64,000 bases of DNA from contig OZ059895.1 of the NCBI GenBank assembly GCA_964057225.1, positions 22,692,001-22,756,000 of the forward strand, written 5' to 3'. The position numbers and the translations under genes were made by a program. The stretch's first letter is position 1. Every line of letters begins with the position of its first letter. The notes beneath the pieces were generated by a model. That model was given only the letters and a program-made list of their open reading frames with translations. It made no database searches and was not told where the DNA came from. Of the stretch, positions 10,701 through 22,814 are shown piece after piece. Source of the stretch: Auanema rhodensis. Taxonomy: Eukaryota; Animalia; Nematoda.

Positions 10701-12636
10701 GGAAACTCAACATACACTAATGCATCATTTTTCAAACGATCATAACTAATTTTTGTATTGAGCGTTTCTCAATGTAGTATAGTGCATTCGATGCGGATTT
10801 TTAAGCTGCGTCGATCTGTTTTATCAGATTTGCGCTAGCTTAAAAATGCACCGAGATATCAACTGATATAAGTTCACACTTATATCCTCGATTTTCACCC
10901 TGAAGAATTAATTTTTTCGTTGAATAACAATGTCCATCGTCTTTGCCTTGAAAAAACAAATCTAAAAACATCTACTTTTTGCTAAATTATTTTGAAATTT
11001 TTCGAAAAAATTTTTGTCAAAATGTTTTTGGAAGCAATGTTGAGTGTACATGGAAACTCAACATACACTAATGCATCATTTTTCAAACGATCATAACTAA
11101 TTTTTGTATTAAGCGTTTCTCAATGTAGTATAGTGCATTCGATGCGGATTTTTAAGCTGCGTCGATCTGTTTTATCAGATTTGCGCTAGCTTAAAAATGC
11201 ACCGAGATATCAACTGATATAAGTTCACACTTATATCCTCGATTTTCACCCTGAAGAATTAATTTTTTCGTTGAATAACAATGTCCATCGTCTTTGCCTT
11301 GAAAAAAGGAATCTAAAAACATCTACTTTTTGCTAAATTATTTTGAAATTTTTCGAAAAAATTTTTGTCAAAATGTTTTTGGAAGCAATGTTGAGTGTAC
11401 ATGGAAACTCAACATACACTAATGCATCATTTTTCAAACGATCATAACTAATTTTTGTATTAAGCGTTTCTCAATGTAGTATAGTGCATTCGATGCGGAT
11501 TTTTAAGCTGCGTCGATCTGTGTTACCAGATTTGCGCTAGCTTAAAAATGCACCGAGATATCAACTGATATAAGTTCACACTTATATCCTCGATTTTCAC
11601 CCTGAAGAATTAATTTTTTCGTTGAATAACAATGTTCATCGTCTTTGCCTTGAAAAAAGGAATCTAAAAACATCTACTTTTTGCTAAATTATTCTGAAAT
11701 TTTTCGAAAAAATTTTTGTCAAAATGTTTTTGGAAGCAATGTTGAGTGTACATGGAAACTCAACATACACTAATGCATCATTTTTCAAACGATCATAACT
11801 AATTTTTGTATTAAGCGTTTCTCAATGTAGTATAGTGCATTCGATGCGGATTTTTAAGCTGCGTCGATCTGTGTTATCAGATTTGCGCTAGCTTAAAAAT
11901 GCACCGAGATATCAACTGATATAAGTTCACACTTATATCCTCGATTTTCACCCTGAAGAATTAATTTTTTCGTTGAATAACATCGTCCATCGTCTTTGCC
12001 TTAAAAAAAGGAATCTAAAAACATCTACTTTTTGCTAAATTATCTTGAAATTTTTTGAAAAAATTTTTGTCAAAATGTTTTTGGAAGCAATGTTGAGTGT
12101 ACATGGAAACTCAACATACACTAATGCATCATTTTTCAAACGATCATAACTAATTTTTGTATTGAGCGTTTCTCAATGTAGTATAGTGCATTCGATGCGG
12201 ATTTTTAAGCTGCGTCGATCTGTTTTATCAGATTTGCGCTAGCTTAAAAATGCACCGAGATATCAACTGATATAAGTTCACACTTATATCCTCGATTTTC
12301 ACCCTGAAGAATTAATTTTTTCGTTGAATAACAATGTCCATCGTCTTTGCCTTGAAAAAACAAATCTAAAAACATCTACTTTTTGCTAAATTATTTTGAA
12401 ATTTTTCGAAAAAATTTTTGTCAAAATGTTTTTGGAAGCAATGTTGAGTGTACATGGAAACTCAACATACACTAATGCATCATTTTTCAAACGATCATAA
12501 CTAATTTTTGTATTAAGCGTTTCTCAATGTAGTATAGTGCATTCGATGCGGATTTTTAAGCTGCGTCGATCTGTTTTATCAGATTTGCGCTAGCTTAAAA
12601 ATGCACCGAGATATCAACTGATATAAGTTCACACTT
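7723..12636. repeat. 3-mer HOR (1053 bp, three copies) running into a 4-mer duplication (1404 bp)
   Basis: Subtype order C130 / C111 / X repeats from 7723, 8776 and 9829; the rare TTACCAG SNP at 10122 and 11526 is 1404 bp apart. Confidence 0.82.
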
Positions 12637-15600
12637 ATATCCTCGATTTTCACCCTGAAGAATTAATTTTTTCGTTGAATAACAATGTCCATCGTCTTTG
12701 CCTTGAAAAAAGGAATCTAAAAACATCTACTTTTTGCTAAATTATTTTGAAATTTTTCGAAAAAATTTTTGTCAAAATGTTTTTGGAAGCAATGTTGAGT
12801 GTACATGGAAACTCAACATACACTAATGCATCATTTTTCAAACGATCATAACTAATTTTCGTATTAAGCGTTTCTCAATGTAGTATAGTGCATTCGATGC
12901 GGATTTTTAAGCTGCGTCGATCTGTGTTATCAGATTTGCGTTAGCTTAAAAATGCACCGAGATATCAACTGATATATGTTCACACTTATATCCTCGATTT
13001 TCACCCTGAAGAATTAATTTTTTCGTTGAATAACAATGTCCATCGTCTTTGCCTTGAAAAAAGGAATCTAAAAACATCTACTTTTTGCTAAATTATTTTG
13101 AAATTTTTCGAAAAAATTTTGTCAAAATGTTTTTGGAAGCAATGTTGAGTGTACATGGAAACTCAACATACACTAATGCATCATTTTTCAAACGATCATA
13201 ACTAATTTTTGTATTAAGCGTTTCTCAATGTAGTATAGTGCATTCGATGCGGATTTTTAAGCTGCGTCGTTCTGTGTTATCAGATTTGCGCTAGCTTAAA
13301 AATGCACCGAGATATCAACTGATATAAGTTCACACTTATATCCTCGATTTTCACCCTGAAGAATTAATTTTTTCGTTGAATAACAATGTCCATCGTCTTT
13401 GCCTTGAAAAAAGAAATCTAAAAACATCTACTTTTTGCTAAATTATTTTGAAATTTTTCGAAAAAATTTTTGTCAAAATGTTTTTAGAAGTAATGTTGAG
13501 TGTACATGGAAACTCAACATACACTAATGCATCATTTTTCAAACGATCATAACTAATTTTTGTATTAAGCGTTTCTCAATGTAGTATAGTGCATTCGATG
13601 CGGATTTTTAAGCTGCAATGATCTGTGTTATCAGATTTGCGCTAGCTTAAAAATGCACCGAGATATCAACTGATATAAGTTCACACTTATATCCTCGATT
13701 TTCACCCTGAAGAATTAATTTTTTCGTTGAATAACAATGTCCATCGTCTTTGCCTTGAAAAAAGAAATCTAAAAACATCTACTTTTTGCTAAATTATTTT
13801 GAAATTTTTCGAAAAAATTTTTGTCAAAATGTTTTTGGAAGCAATGTTGAGTGTACATGGAAACTCAACATACACTAATGCATCATTTTTCAAACGATCA
13901 TAACTAATTTTTGTATTAAGCGTTTCTCAATGTAGTATAGTGCATTCGATGCGGATTTTTAAGCTGCAATGATCTGTGTTATCAGATTTGCGCTAGCTTA
14001 AAAATGCACCGAGATATCAACTGATATAAGTTCACACTTATATCCTCGATTTTCACCCTGAAGAATTAATTTTTTCGTTGAATAACAATGTTCATCGTCT
14101 TTGCCTTGAAAAAAGGAATCTAAAAACATCTACTTTTTGCTAAATTATTTTGAAATTTTTCGAAAAAACTTTTGTCAAAATGTTTTTGGAAGCAATGTTG
14201 AGTGTACATGGAAACTCAACATACACTAATGCATCATTTTTCAAACGATCATAACTAATTTTTGTATTAAGCGTTTCTCAATGTAGTATAGTGCATTCGA
14301 TGCGGATTTTTAAGCTGCAATGATCTGTGTTATCAGATTTGCGCTAGCTTAAAAATGCACCGAGATATCAACTGATATAAGTTCACACTTATATCCTCGA
14401 TTTTCACCCTGAAGAATTAATTTTTTCGTTGAATAACAATGTTCATCGTCTTTGCCTTGAAAAAAGGAATCTAAAAACATCTACTTTTTGCTAAATTATT
14501 TTGAAATTTTTCGAAAAAACTTTTGTCAAAATGTTTTTGGAAGCAATGTTGAGTGTACATGGAAACTCAACATACACTAATGCATCATTTTTCAAACGAT
14601 CATAACTAATTTTTGTATTAAGCGTTTCTCAATGTAGTATAGTGCATTCGATGCGGATTTTTAAGCTGCGTCGATCTGTGTTATCAGATTTGCGCTAGCT
14701 TAAAAATGCACCGAGATATCAACTGATATAAGTTCACACTTATATCCTCGATTTTCACCCTGAAGAATTAATTTTTTCGTTGAATAACAATGTTCATCGT
14801 CTTTGCCTTGAAAAAAGGAATCTAAAAACATCTACTTTTTGCTAAATTATTCTGAAATTTTTCGAAAAAATTTTTGTCAAAATGTTTTTGGAAGCAATGT
14901 TGAGTGTACATGGAAACTCAACATACACTAATGCATCATTTTTCAAACGATCATAACTAATTTTTGTATTAAGCGTTTCTCAATGTAGTATAGTGCATTC
15001 GATGCGGATTTTTAAGCTGCGTCGATCTGTGTTATCAGATTTGCGCTAGCTTAAAAATGCACCGAGATATCAACTGATATAAGTTCACACTTATATCCTC
15101 GATTTTCACCCTGAAGAATTAATTTTTTCGTTGAATAACATCGTCCATCGTCTTTGCCTTAAAAAAAGGAATCTAAAAACATCTACTTTTTGCTGAATTA
15201 TCTTGAAATTTTTTGAAAAAATTTTTGTCAAAATGTTTTTGGAAGCAATGTTGAGTGTACATGGAAACTCAACATACACTAATGCATCATTTTTCAAACG
15301 ATCATAACTAATTTTTGTATTGAGCGTTTCTCAATGTAGTATAGTGCATTCGATGCGGATTTTTAAGCTGCGTCGATCTGTTTTATCAGATTTGCGCTAG
15401 CTTAAAAATGCACCGAGATATCAACTGATATAAGTTCACACTTATATCCTCGATTTTCACCCTGAAGAATTAATTTTTTCGTTGAATAACAATGTTCATC
15501 GTCTTTGCCTTAAAAAAAGGAATCTAAAAACATCTACTTTTTGCTGAATTATCTTGAAATTTTTTGAAAAAATTTTTGTCAAAATGTTTTTGGAAGCAAT

Positions 15601-17198
15601 GTTGAGTGTACATGGAAACTCAACATACACTAATGCATCATTTTTCAAACGATCATAACTAATTTTTGTATTGAGCGTTTCTCAATGTAGTATAGTGCAT
15701 TCGATGCGGATTTTTAAGCTGCGTCGATCTGTTTTATCAGATTTGCGCTAGCTTAAAAATGCACCGAGATATCAACTGATATAAGTTCACACTTATATCC
15801 TCGATTTTCACCCTGAAGAATTAATTTTTTCGTTGAATAACAATGTTCATCGTCTTTGCCTTGAAAAAAGGAATCTAAAAACATCTACTTTTTGCTAAAT
15901 TATTTTGAAATTTTTCGAAAAAACTTTTGTCAAAATGTTTTTGGAAGCAATGTTGAGTGTACATGGAAACTCAACATACACTAATGCATCATTTTTCAAA
16001 CGATCATAACTAATTTTTGTATTAAGCGTTTCTCAATGTAGTATAGTGCATTCGATGCGGATTTTTAAGCTGCGTCGATCTGTGTTATCAGATTTGCGCT
16101 AGCTTAAAAATGCACCGAGATATCAACTGATATAAGTTCACACTTATATCCTCGATTTTCACCCTGAAGAATTAATTTTTTCGTTGAATAACAATGTTCA
16201 TCGTCTTTGCCTTAAAAAAAGGAATCTAAAAACATCTACTTTTTGCTGAATTATCTTGAAATTTTTTGAAAAAATTTTTGTCAAAATGTTTTTGGAAGCA
16301 ATGTTGAGTGTACATGGAAACTCAACATACACTAATGCATCATTTTTCAAACGATCATAACTAATTTTTGTATTGAGCGTTTCTCAATGTAGTATAGTGC
16401 ATTCGATGCGGATTTTTAAGCTGCGTCGATCTGTTTTATCAGATTTGCGCTAGCTTAAAAATGCACCGAGATATCAACTGATATAAGTTCACACTTATAT
16501 CCTCGATTTTCACCCTGAAGAATTAATTTTTTCGTTGAATAACAATGTTCATCGTCTTTGCCTTGAAAAAAGGAATCTAAAAACATCTACTTTTTGCTAA
16601 ATTATTTTGAAATTTTTCGAAAAAACTTTTGTCAAAATGTTTTTGGAAGCAATGTTGAGTGTACATGGAAACTCAACATACACTAATGCATCATTTTTCA
16701 AACGATCATAACTAATTTTTGTATTAAGCGTTTCTCAATGTAGTATAGTGCATTCGATGCGGATTTTTAAGCTGCGTCGATCTGTGTTATCAGATTTGCG
16801 CTAGCTTAAAAATGCACCGAGATATCAACTGATATAAGTTCACACTTATATCCTCGATTTTCACCCTGAAGAATTAATTTTTTCGTTGAATAACAATGTT
16901 CATCGTCTTTGCCTTGAAAAAAGGAATCTAAAAACATCTACTTTTTGCTAAATTATTCTGAAATTTTTCGAAAAAATTTTTGTCAAAATGTTTTTGGAAG
17001 CAATGTTGAGTGTACATGGAAACTCAACATACACTAATGCATCATTTTTCAAACGATCATAACTAATTTTTGTATTAAGCGTTTCTCAATGTAGTATAGT
17101 GCATTCGATGCGGATTTTTAAGCTGCGTCGATCTGTGTTATCAGATTTGCGCTAGCTTAAAAATGCACCGAGATATCAACTGATATAAGTTCACACTT

Positions 17199-20100
17199 AT
17201 ATCCTCGATTTTCACCCTGAAGAATTAATTTTTTCGTTGAATAACATCGTCCATCGTCTTTGCCTTAAAAAAAGGAATCTAAAAACATCTACTTTTTGCT
17301 GAATTATCTTGAAATTTTTTGAAAAAATTTTTGTCAAAATGTTTTTGGAAGCAATGTTGAGTGTACATGGAAACTCAACATACACTAATGCATCATTTTT
17401 CAAACGATCATAACTAATTTTTGTATTGAGCGTTTCTCAATGTAGTATAGTGCATTCGATGCGGATTTTTAAGCTGCGTCGATCTGTTTTATCAGATTTG
17501 CGCTAGCTTAAAAATGCACCGAGATATCAACTGATATAAGTTCACACTTATATCCTCGATTTTCACCCTGAAGAATTAATTTTTTCGTTGAATAACAATG
17601 TTCATCGTCTTTGCCTTGAAAAAAGGAATCTAAAAACATCTACTTTTTGCTAAATTATTTTGAAATTTTTCGAAAAAACTTTTGTCAAAATGTTTTTGGA
17701 AGCAATGTTGAGTGTACATGGAAACTCAACATACACTAATGCATCATTTTTCAAACGATCATAACTAATTTTTGTATTAAGCGTTTCTCAATGTAGTATA
17801 GTGCATTCGATGCGGATTTTTAAGCTGCGTCGATCTGTGTTATCAGATTTGCGCTAGCTTAAAAATGCACCGAGATATCAACTGATATAAGTTCACACTT
17901 ATATCCTCGATTTTCACCCTGAAGAATTAATTTTTTCGTTGAATAACAATGTTCATCGTCTTTGCCTTGAAAAAAGGAATCTAAAAACATCTACTTTTTG
18001 CTAAATTATTCTGAAATTTTTCGAAAAAATTTTTGTCAAAATGTTTTTGGAAGCAATGTTGAGTGTACATGGAAACTCAACATACACTAATGCATCATTT
18101 TTCAAACGATCATAACTAATTTTTGTATTAAGCGTTTCTCAATGTAGTATAGTGCATTCGATGCGGATTTTTAAGCTGCGTCGATCTGTGTTATCAGATT
18201 TGCGCTAGCTTAAAAATGCACCGAGATATCAACTGATATAAGTTCACACTTATATCCTCGATTTTCACCCTGAAGAATTAATTTTTTCGTTGAATAACAT
18301 CGTCCATCGTCTTTGCCTTAAAAAAAGGAATCTAAAAACATCTACTTTTTGCTGAATTATCTTGAAATTTTTTGAAAAAATTTTTGTCAAAATGTTTTTG
18401 GAAGCAATGTTGAGTGTACATGGAAACTCAACATACACTAATGCATCATTTTTCAAACGATCATAACTAATTTTTGTATTGAGCGTTTCTCAATGTAGTA
18501 TAGTGCATTCGATGCGGATTTTTAAGCTGCGTCGATCTGTTTTATCAGATTTGCGCTAGCTTAAAAATGCACCGAGATATCAACTGATATAAGTTCACAC
18601 TTATATCCTCGATTTTCACCCTGAAGAATTAATTTTTTCGTTGAATAACAATGTCCATCGTCTTTGCCTTGAAAAAACAAATCTAAAAACATCTACTTTT
18701 TGCTAAATTATTTTGAAATTTTTCGAAAAAATTTTTGTCAAAATGTTTTTGGAAGCAATGTTGAGTGTACATGGAAACTCAACATACACTAATGCATCAT
18801 TTTTTAAACGATCATAACTAATTTTTGTATTAAGCGTTTCTCAATGTAGTATAGTGCATTCGATGCGGATTTTTAAGCTGCGTCGATCTGTTTTATCAGA
18901 TTTGCGCTAGCTTAAAAATGCACCGAGATATCAACTGATATAAGTTCACACTTATATCCTCGATTTTCACCCTGAAGAATTAATTTTTTCGTTGAATAAC
19001 AATGTCCATCGTCTTTGCCTTGAAAAAAGGAATCTAAAAACATCTACTTTTTGCTAAATTATTTTGAAATTTTTCGAAAAAATTTTTGTCAAAATGTTTT
19101 TGGAAGCAATGTTGAGTGTACATGGAAACTCAACATACACTAATGCATCATTTTTCAAACGATCATAACTAATTTTCGTATTAAGCGTTTCTCAATGTAG
19201 TATAGTGCATTCGATGCGGATTTTTAAGCTGCGTCGATCTGTGTTATCAGATTTGCGCTAGCTTAAAAATGCACCGAGATATCAACTGATATAAGTTCAC
19301 ACTTATATCCTCGATTTTCACCCTGAAGAATTAATTTTTTCGTTGAATAACATCGTCCATCGTCTTTGCCTTAAAAAAAGGAATCTAAAAACATCTACTT
19401 TTTGCTGAATTATCTTGAAATTTTTTGAAAAAATTTTTGTCAAAATGTTTTTGGAAGCAATGTTGAGTGTACATGGAAACTCAACATACACTAATGCATC
19501 ATTTTTCAAACGATCATAACTAATTTTTGTATTGAGCGTTTCTCAATGTAGTATAGTGCATTCGATGCGGATTTTTAAGCTGCGTCGATCTGTTTTATCA
19601 GATTTGCGCTAGCTTAAAAATGCACCGAGATATCAACTGATATAAGTTCACACTTATATCCTCGATTTTCACCCTGAAGAATTAATTTTTTCGTTGAATA
19701 ACAATGTTCATCGTCTTTGCCTTGAAAAAAGGAATCTAAAAACATCTACTTTTTGCTAAATTATTTTGAAATTTTTCGAAAAAACTTTTGTCAAAATGTT
19801 TTTGGAAGCAATGTTGAGTGTACATGGAAACTCAACATACACTAATGCATCATTTTTCAAACGATCATAACTAATTTTTGTATTAAGCGTTTCTCAATGT
19901 AGTATAGTGCATTCGATGCGGATTTTTAAGCTGCGTCGATCTGTGTTATCAGATTTGCGCTAGCTTAAAAATGCACCGAGATATCAACTGATATAAGTTC
20001 ACACTTATATCCTCGATTTTCACCCTGAAGAATTAATTTTTTCGTTGAATAACAATGTTCATCGTCTTTGCCTTGAAAAAAGGAATCTAAAAACATCTAC

Positions 20101-21410
20101 TTTTTGCTAAATTATTCTGAAATTTTTCGAAAAAATTTTTGTCAAAATGTTTTTGGAAGCAATGTTGAGTGTACATGGAAACTCAACATACACTAATGCA
20201 TCATTTTTCAAACGATCATAACTAATTTTTGTATTAAGCGTTTCTCAATGTAGTATAGTGCATTCGATGCGGATTTTTAAGCTGCGTCGATCTGTGTTAT
20301 CAGATTTGCGCTAGCTTAAAAATGCACCGAGATATCAACTGATATAAGTTCACACTTATATCCTCGATTTTCACCCTGAAGAATTAATTTTTTCGTTGAA
20401 TAACATCGTCCATCGTCTTTGCCTTAAAAAAAGGAATCTAAAAACATCTACTTTTTGCTGAATTATCTTGAAATTTTTTGAAAAAATTTTTGTCAAAATG
20501 TTTTTGGAAGCAATGTTGAGTGTACATGGAAACTCAACATACACTAATGCATCATTTTTCAAACGATCATAACTAATTTTTGTATTGAGCGTTTCTCAAT
20601 GTAGTATAGTGCATTCGATGCGGATTTTTAAGCTGCGTCGATCTGTTTTATCAGATTTGCGCTAGCTTAAAAATGCACCGAGATATCAACTGATATAAGT
20701 TCACACTTATATCCTCGATTTTCACCCTGAAGAATTAATTTTTTCGTTGAATAACAATGTCCATCGTCTTTGCCTTGAAAAAACAAATCTAAAAACATCT
20801 ACTTTTTGCTAAATTATTTTGAAATTTTTCGAAAAAATTTTTGTCAAAATGTTTTTGGAAGCAATGTTGAGTGTACATGGAAACTCAACATACACTAATG
20901 CATCATTTTTTAAACGATCATAACTAATTTTTGTATTAAGCGTTTCTCAATGTAGTATAGTGCATTCGATGCGGATTTTTAAGCTGCGTCGATCTGTTTT
21001 ATCAGATTTGCGCTAGCTTAAAAATGCACCGAGATATCAACTGATATAAGTTCACACTTATATCCTCGATTTTCACCCTGAAGAATTAATTTTTTCGTTG
21101 AATAACAATGTCCATCGTCTTTGCCTTGAAAAAAGGAATCTAAAAACATCTACTTTTTGCTAAATTATTTTGAAATTTTTCGAAAAAATTTTTGTCAAAA
21201 TGTTTTTGGAAGCAATGTTGAGTGTACATGGAAACTCAACATACACTAATGCATCATTTTTCAAACGATCATAACTAATTTTCGTATTAAGCGTTTCTCA
21301 ATGTAGTATAGTGCATTCGATGCGGATTTTTAAGCTGCGTCGATCTGTGTTATCAGATTTGCGCTAGCTTAAAAATGCACCGAGATATCAACTGATATAT
21401 GTTCACACTT
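17199..21410. repeat. 6-mer HOR (2106 bp), two copies
   Basis: Rare C203T (TTTTTTAAACG) at 18805 and 20911; ORF-bearing monomers at 17199/19305 and 18252/20358. Confidence 0.88.
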
Positions 21411-22814
21411 ATATCCTCGATTTTCACCCTGAAGAATTAATTTTTTCGTTGAATAACAATGTCCATCGTCTTTGCCTTGAAAAAAGGAATCTAAAAACAT
21501 CTACTTTTTGCTAAATTATTTTGAAATTTTTCGAAAAAATTTTTGTCAAAATGTTTTTGGAAGCAATGTTGAGTGTACATGGAAACTCAACATACACTAA
21601 TGCATCATTTTTCAAACGATCATAACTAATTTTTGTATTAAGCGTTTCTCAATGTAGTATAGTGCATTCGATGCGGATTTTTAAGCTGCGTCGTTCTGTG
21701 TTATCAGATTTGCGCTAGCTTAAAAATGCACCGAGATATCAACTGATATAAGTTCACACTTATATCCTCGATTTTCACCCTGAAGAATTAATTTTTTCGT
21801 TGAATAACAATGTCCATCGTCTTTGCCTTGAAAAAAGAAATCTAAAAACATCTACTTTTTGCTAAATTATTTTGAAATTTTTCGAAAAAATTTTTGTCAA
21901 AATGTTTTTAGAAGTAATGTTGAGTGTACATGGAAACTCAACATACACTAATGCATCATTTTTCAAACGATCATAACTAATTTTTGTATTAAGCGTTTCT
22001 CAATGTAGTATAGTGCATTCGATGCGGATTTTTAAGCTGCAATGATCTGTGTTATCAGATTTGCGCTAGCTTAAAAATGCACCGAGATATCAACTGATAT
22101 AAGTTCACACTTATATCCTCGATTTTCACCCTGAAGAATTAATTTTTTCGTTGAATAACAATGTCCATCGTCTTTGCCTTGAAAAAAGGAATCTAAAAAC
22201 ATCTACTTTTTGCTAAATTATTTTGAAATTTTTCGAAAAAATTTTTGTCAAAATGTTTTTGGAAGCAATGTTGAGTGTACATGGAAACTCAACATACACT
22301 AATGCATCATTTTTCAAACGATCATAACTAATTTTTGTATTAAGCGTTTCTCAATGTAGTATAGTGCATTCGATGCGGATTTTTAAGCTGCGTCGTTCTG
22401 TGTTATCAGATTTGCGCTAGCTTAAAAATGCACCGAGATATCAACTGATATAAGTTCACACTTATATCCTCGATTTTCACCCTGAAGAATTAATTTTTTC
22501 GTTGAATAACAATGTCCATCGTCTTTGCCTTGAAAAAAGAAATCTAAAAACATCTACTTTTTGCTAAATTATTTTGAAATTTTTCGAAAAAATTTTTGTC
22601 AAAATGTTTTTAGAAGTAATGTTGAGTGTACATGGAAACTCAACATACACTAATGCATCATTTTTCAAACGATCATAACTAATTTTTGTATTAAGCGTTT
22701 CTCAATGTAGTATAGTGCATTCGATGCGGATTTTTGAGCTGCAATGATCTGTGTTATCAGATTTGCGCTAGCTTAAAAATGCACCGAGATATCAACTGAT
22801 ATATGTTCACACTT

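Noticed and set aside
15106-20562. Five identical 63-aa minus-strand ORFs (15106, 17212, 18265, 19318, 20371) as genes
   Set aside because: They lie wholly within satellite monomers, start at TTG, exist only through one SNP that removes a TAG present in nearly all other copies, and encode a K/F/I/N-biased peptide typical of AT-rich DNA with no recognisable domain.
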